A program made the translations under genes and the position numbers. A stretch of 64,000 bases of DNA from a virus. Its lineage: Duplodnaviria > Caudoviricetes. Under the pieces are notes generated by a model that saw nothing but the letters and a program-made list of their open reading frames with translations, had not been told where the DNA came from and ran no database searches. This document shows positions 59,477-64,000 of the stretch, one piece after another. The DNA lies in IMG/VR virus record IMGVR_UViG_3300037400_002094, positions 29,893-93,892 of that record, one strand, 5' to 3'. The number at the start of each line of letters is the position of its first letter. The stretch's first letter is position 1.

Positions 59477-60281
59477 CTTTGTCTTCATCAATATCTTCCA
59501 TTTTCTCTATTTCCATATCATACAGATTGTAGTCCGATTCAATATCTACGAACTCGTAAGCACCGTGTTCTATATCCCATACAGCGAAGCCATGCTGTGA
59601 TACCGTTTCTCCGAATGTCTGTTGTATGAGTGACCCAGGATATACAATTTCCACATTGCCACGTTTCAGTGACTGCCTCTTATGTATGTGTCCTGCCATG
59701 ACGTAGTTACACCCCTCGAACGTATCACCTTCGACACCTTCATCAACGACGCTACCGTTATTTAGTGTAGCACCAACCACCATGCCATGATAAAGACCTA
59801 TAACAGTGGCATCTGGATTCTTCGTTTTTGCATCATCTATATCTGGCCTCATGAAGTCATCATAGATGGAATATAACGCCCATATGACGTTATCATCATT
59901 GATGCAGTTGCTGTTGTAACCTGTAATCATATCCAGGAAGGTACAGTTCTCGAATTTAGCCGTATTGAACAGTGCGGTAAGAGTGTCTGTCCTTGATGTG
60001 TTGTTTACAACCAGGTCGTGATTACCAGCGTACACTACGACTGGGGCTATCTCTTCCAGTTTCCTTAGGAACAGGCTGGAGAATACGATAAGCTCATTGC
60101 TTATGTTGTTCTTCTGGTTTACGAGGTCTCCAGCTATAAGGATTCTTACCTCTCCTTCCTCGTATCTCTGTGCTATCTCCCTACACTTCTCTACGAATTT
60201 CTCAAGCTGTTCGGCGTATTCCTCATGGCGTTGGAAATTATGTATGTGTATGTCAGCACAATGGATTATACATTTTATCAT
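59457..60281 (-). CDS. Metallophosphoesterase nuclease (SbcD/Mre11/T4 gp47-like)
   Basis: ADIH, AGDL, AGNHD, YHG, GHIHKRQ, YPGSLIQQTFGE. Confidence 0.88.
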   Translation of the reverse strand: MIKCIIHCADIHIHNFQRHEEYAEQLEKFVEKCREIAQRYEEGEVRILIAGDLVNQKNNISNELIVFSSLFLRKLEEIAPVVVYAGNHDLVVNNTSRTDTLTALFNTAKFENCTFLDMITGYNSNCINDDNVIWALYSIYDDFMRPDIDDAKTKNPDATVIGLYHGMVVGATLNNGSVVDEGVEGDTFEGCNYVMAGHIHKRQSLKRGNVEIVYPGSLIQQTFGETVSQHGFAVWDIEHGAYEFVDIESDYNLYDMEIEKMEDIDEDKEKLINF

Positions 60282-60661
60282 TGTTCAATTAATTTGCATA
60301 GTTTATTTAATTTTTCATAAGTTCCATACTTCATCATTAGCTCCATTGCTATACGCTCCCAATACGAATGTCCTTGTTCAGTGGAACACCAATCAAAGAG
60401 ATATGTCTTATAATAATGGAACAGGTCGTTTATGGTCTCGCACTCTCGTATTTTTTCAAGACGACCTTGTAAATATGTGTTATACCAGAAATCTTTACAT
60501 ACTCCATATTCAGACAATAATTTACTGAGTGGTATAATCCACTTGCAATTCATTGTCTTGTTGTAAAGTCCTTGTTCACATAGCAGTTTCTTTAGATAGT
60601 AAACTCCATCCTTAAAATCTTTCTCGTGCATGCTTCTTTTCCTTTTACCTAGTCTAGCCAT
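60278..60661 (-). CDS. Hypothetical protein
   Basis: Start moved to ATG 60661 (MARLGKRK) because the listed TTG lies in the promoter; FDWCSTEQGHSYW motif. Confidence 0.65.
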   Translation of the reverse strand: MARLGKRKRSMHEKDFKDGVYYLKKLLCEQGLYNKTMNCKWIIPLSKLLSEYGVCKDFWYNTYLQGRLEKIRECETINDLFHYYKTYLFDWCSTEQGHSYWERIAMELMMKYGTYEKLNKLCKLIEQ

Positions 60662-60670
60662 AATATAGTG

Positions 60671-60702
60671 CAAAGATATATATTTTTTTCGTAAAAAACA
60701 AA
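60671..60702 (-). promoter_or_regulatory. Bacteroidota sigma-A-type promoter, minus strand
   Basis: Reverse complement reads TTTG-N20-TATCTTTG. Confidence 0.8.
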
Positions 60703-60730
60703 TTTTTGGTAAAAATAGTTACATACAAAA

Positions 60731-60742
60731 TATTTATGTAAA
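60731..60742 (+). promoter_or_regulatory. Putative late promoter
   Basis: TATTTATGTAAA ending 20 nt before ATG 60763. Confidence 0.5.
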
Positions 60743-60762
60743 GATTAAATGTTTATAGAAAT

Positions 60763-63700
60763 ATGGCAAGTACAATAGACAAACCAGGAAAATATAAAAT
60801 AACTGTAACAATGTCTACTGGATATGATGGATGCGAGGTAGCATTCAATCCACCAGATAAAGTTACAGTAACTCCTTTGGGCAACAATGTATACGAAATT
60901 GATGTTAAAGAAGGGGCAAAAGGAACTATACAAGTGTTGGTAAATGACGACCATTGCAGTGATAATGATATAATCATCAATGGAGAAACACCTTGTAACT
61001 GTGGTGATTTGACAATTCCAGAGACTTCATACACATGGTCAGCAACTGATGATAGCAGTAAGAAACATTCATTTACTATTTCATCTGCATCTTGTATAAC
61101 AAACATTACCAAGAGTTTACTTACCCATTTCGATGCGGTATTTGAAAGTGGCAAGGTTACAATAAATCCAAAAGGACCTAATACTGGACAGCAGCCTTAT
61201 AACGATATACTTACTATTTCATATAAAGCTGATTCAAATACTTGTAGTAGTGCAATAACACTCACACAGAATGCAGCTACTTGTCAAGCAAGTACTTGTT
61301 ATACTGTAAATGGTGATGCAGTAAACACATCTACAGTCGCATACGATGCACAAAACGCAACTGTTGAATGGGATTATGTCGAAACAGTTATAACACCTCC
61401 AGATTGCGTACCAGTTACGACAACTAAACACGCTAGTACAAGTGTGACTTTAACCGAAGTTGCAACTTGTAATGATGTTGAAGAGACTGGACAATTCACG
61501 TGGGCTGGGCATAAGGCTTGTAATGGCGGTACTAGTGATATGACGGTTAACTGGAAGGTAACTAAGCAGAAACCAGCAGGATGTGATTGTGGCTGTGGCG
61601 ACTTAACTGTTGAAGCGCCTTCTAATATTCAAGCCGAGGGTGGTAGTGGGGTTAGTTTAGGAAGAATAACCCCAGGTTGTGTTGAGAACGTTAAGATTAC
61701 TAGTATTACCTATAATGGTTCAGAGAGTGGATGGATTACTGCTACAACCAGCGCAGATTCAATAACTAGTGCTTTCGAACTAACTGGAAATGTTGCAGAC
61801 TGGAGTAGTGAGACAGGCTCTCAACCAAGAACTGCTACTGTGACGGTTACTGGAAAAACCATAAATAATCCTAACTGTTCAACATCATACACGATAACAC
61901 AGGAGGCTGCTGGCTGTACCTGTCAGAATGGATTTGGTGGTGCTACTGCTCAAACATTACCAACAAAGATAGTTGGTGGCGATGAAATAACTGTATGGAA
62001 AGTTGATAAAACTTGTGGACAGTTATATGCTATAACAGAAGGTAACTGCATTGCTAGTAGCGGAGTTTCTGAAAGTGGCGGCTATTATTATATAACAGCA
62101 AAGACATCAGATGTTTCGTCTAGCTGCAATTTTAAGGTTGGCTATCAGTTAAAGGTTAATGGCGAAATTTGTACGAATGCTACAGGAATGTCAGATAGTA
62201 TTACAGTAGAACCAGCAATTGAATGCGATTGTAGAGATTTGACGGTAGTAACAAGCGAAGGCGAAGTAATTGATTGGGGAGAACCGATAATTCTCGCATC
62301 AGCTGATAAAGAATATACATTTACTTATAAATTCAAAGAAAATAAGGATACATGTTTTGAAGGAACTGACGTAACCTTCTCTTATGACTCTACAGATGCA
62401 GAATATTTCATAATCAGTACTGGAACAACAGGAGGTAAAAGCTACATCAGTATAAAGCCAAATCCAAATGAAGACCCTAATCAGATAAACATATACTTCA
62501 ATTACACGCTATCAGATGGTACAAATTGTTCAACTCAAGGTGGAAACTATATAACCATAATTTATAAACCAGCTTGTAAATGTGAAGAATTGCTGCCTGA
62601 CGATGCTTGTATACAAAGGCAAGTTCCAACAGCAGCAGGAACTTATCCATTGGGAACATTCGGAGTTGTTGGATGTGGTGAATTTAGTGGAAAATCAACA
62701 TCAAGTCAAGTTGATAAGGTAATAATAACTGAAAGTGATGATGGTTATGACGTTAGTGTTAAACTTTACAAGTTCACGCCAACAACAAGTCAGCCAGATG
62801 CACCAATTGATATTGATATATATTCGCTTGAAAGCGGTCAAGCATTAGCAGATTGCCACCATATATATACAATATGGCAGAAGGAAGACTATGTTAATTG
62901 CGATAGGGTACGTAAGATGAATTTTGTAGATGACAACCCAGCACATACATCAAATGTTAATGCATACTTGGCAAAACTAAACGATGACGATGGAGTTATT
63001 GCTTTCAATGCGCTAAGTGGAAGTAATATAATCACATCATTTAGTACAGAGCATGATTGGATAGACGCATCAACAATTTATGTTTTCAACATTACAAAAA
63101 ATACTATATATCTCAGAGGTAAAATCGAGGCTAACCCATCTGCTCAGACTAGAACAAATACAATTACGATAAATTATGATAAAGATAAGTTAAGGAAAAT
63201 ATACGGAATTTGTGAAGACTGTATAAACCAGCCTTTCACTGTTACTGTAACACAGCAGGGAGACGAATCACTTAATTGCAACTGTCTAGAGCTTAAAGAG
63301 ATTGAAATTAGATATTTTGGCGCTGAATCATCATTCAATAGTGACAATCTTAGAAACGATTGCTTCGTCACTGGTCTCAAGTTTACCCCAACAGGAACTA
63401 TTGTACCAGGTTATGAGAGTGCATTTAGTGACCCAAGTGCTTTCTTTACTGAGGATAACTATGTTGCAGTAAATAGCTGGTTGTCAATTAACTTAGATAT
63501 TAGGTCATATACTACTTCGCCAGAGAAATGCTATCTACATGTAGCATATAAAGCTTTAGCAAATACTGGAAGTGAAAGAGACTATACCTTTAAGATAAAG
63601 CTTAACTACGACTCTGCTAAGCAGTCAGAAGAGTGTATATGGGAGATTAAGTTTACACAAGAAGCTGTGGCTGACGTAACTTGTCAGCAGTTGTTAGACT

Positions 63701-64000
63701 CTATCAAAACATATAGTATAGATGTACAAGCAACTAAGACCAGGGATGGCGTTGCTTTTATGCGCCCAGTACTAAGGGATGACGTTAGACTTAGTGGCGT
63801 GACTGTTCAAAGCCAGGACTGTGGTGATACATCATGGATAACCAAGATTGAACCTGGAAGCGGTAATAATACTGATACTTTGTATATTGAAAACACTGTA
63901 AACAAATCAACAGAGCGTGACCACTCAACAACTTCTAGGTGCGCTAAGATTAGTGTATTCTTCATAGATTCAGAAGGAAACAGACTTAAAATCAATGGAG
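60763..64000 (+). CDS. 3'-truncated Cys-rich tandem BACON/Ig-like repeat protein (fibre/adhesin); not in the ORF track
   Basis: Hand translation from ATG 60763 (MASTIDKPGKYKITV...) has no stop to the window end (>1,079 aa); recurring W...N-x-G-x-x-R...ITQ pattern and CxC linkers. Confidence 0.8.
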   Translation, partial: MASTIDKPGKYKITVTMSTGYDGCEVAFNPPDKVTVTPLGNNVYEIDVKEGAKGTIQVLVNDDHCSDNDIIINGETPCNCGDLTIPETSYTWSATDDSSKKHSFTISSASCITNITKSLLTHFDAVFESGKVTINPKGPNTGQQPYNDILTISYKADSNTCSSAITLTQNAATCQASTCYTVNGDAVNTSTVAYDAQNATVEWDYVETVITPPDCVPVTTTKHASTSVTLTEVATCNDVEETGQFTWAGHKACNGGTSDMTVNWKVTKQKPAGCDCGCGDLTVEAPSNIQAEGGSGVSLGRITPGCVENVKITSITYNGSESGWITATTSADSITSAFELTGNVADWSSETGSQPRTATVTVTGKTINNPNCSTSYTITQEAAGCTCQNGFGGATAQTLPTKIVGGDEITVWKVDKTCGQLYAITEGNCIASSGVSESGGYYYITAKTSDVSSSCNFKVGYQLKVNGEICTNATGMSDSITVEPAIECDCRDLTVVTSEGEVIDWGEPIILASADKEYTFTYKFKENKDTCFEGTDVTFSYDSTDAEYFIISTGTTGGKSYISIKPNPNEDPNQINIYFNYTLSDGTNCSTQGGNYITIIYKPACKCEELLPDDACIQRQVPTAAGTYPLGTFGVVGCGEFSGKSTSSQVDKVIITESDDGYDVSVKLYKFTPTTSQPDAPIDIDIYSLESGQALADCHHIYTIWQKEDYVNCDRVRKMNFVDDNPAHTSNVNAYLAKLNDDDGVIAFNALSGSNIITSFSTEHDWIDASTIYVFNITKNTIYLRGKIEANPSAQTRTNTITINYDKDKLRKIYGICEDCINQPFTVTVTQQGDESLNCNCLELKEIEIRYFGAESSFNSDNLRNDCFVTGLKFTPTGTIVPGYESAFSDPSAFFTEDNYVAVNSWLSINLDIRSYTTSPEKCYLHVAYKALANTGSERDYTFKIKLNYDSAKQSEECIWEIKFTQEAVADVTCQQLLDSIKTYSIDVQATKTRDGVAFMRPVLRDDVRLSGVTVQSQDCGDTSWITKIEPGSGNNTDTLYIENTVNKSTERDHSTTSRCAKISVFFIDSEGNRLKING

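Noticed and set aside
640-63995. The many short antisense and alternate-frame ORFs in the track (for example 8864-9322, 19793-20239, 37757-38194, 60753-61154)
   Set aside because: They are shadows of long, motif-bearing genes in another frame or strand and lack their own promoters or recognisable motifs.
1-64000. Stop-codon recoding (TAG to Gln as in Lak and some crAss-like phages)
   Set aside because: ORFs over 2,000 aa are uninterrupted in code 11, and TAG ends genes at sensible places (7389, 23152, 29178, 59460).
1-64000. tRNA or rRNA genes, integrase or att sites
   Set aside because: Intergenic gaps are short and AT-rich, with no cloverleaf or recombinase motifs seen; the island is flanked by phage neck and baseplate genes rather than host DNA.

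Overview
This window is part of a large tailed (myovirus-type, probably jumbo) phage genome in the standard genetic code, almost entirely on the + strand. The host is very likely an anaerobic Bacteroidota: nine copies of the Bacteroidota housekeeping promoter (TTTG-N19/20-TAnnTTTG), A/T-rich starts without Shine-Dalgarno sequences, and an anaerobic RNR. Layout: baseplate and tail-lysin genes (1-7.4 kb); small late, probably head-associated genes (8.5-9.9 kb); a replication and nucleotide block (gp32-like SSB, Tdk, RecA, ParB-like, 5'-3' exonuclease, DnaB, NrdD/G; 10-23 kb); a neck protein; an accessory island (24.4-32.8 kb); then baseplate wedge and very large Cys-rich tail proteins, ending in an open, >1,079-aa BACON/Ig-like repeat protein that the ORF track missed. 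The island holds a double NUMOD4-HNH endonuclease, a TonB-dependent receptor, a GNAT, NadR, PnuC, a radical SAM enzyme and a Gly/Cys-repeat peptide. Best leads: (1) an apparently complete two-membrane NAD-precursor import and salvage route (TBDR + PnuC + NadR); (2) a radical SAM gene next to a RiPP-precursor-like peptide whose leader resembles a capsid-targeting, prohead-protease-cleaved sequence; (3) repeated terminator-plus-promoter cassettes that bound the accessory modules, one of which drives an ORF-less ~95-nt candidate sRNA. All functional calls come from reading motifs by eye; no searches were run.
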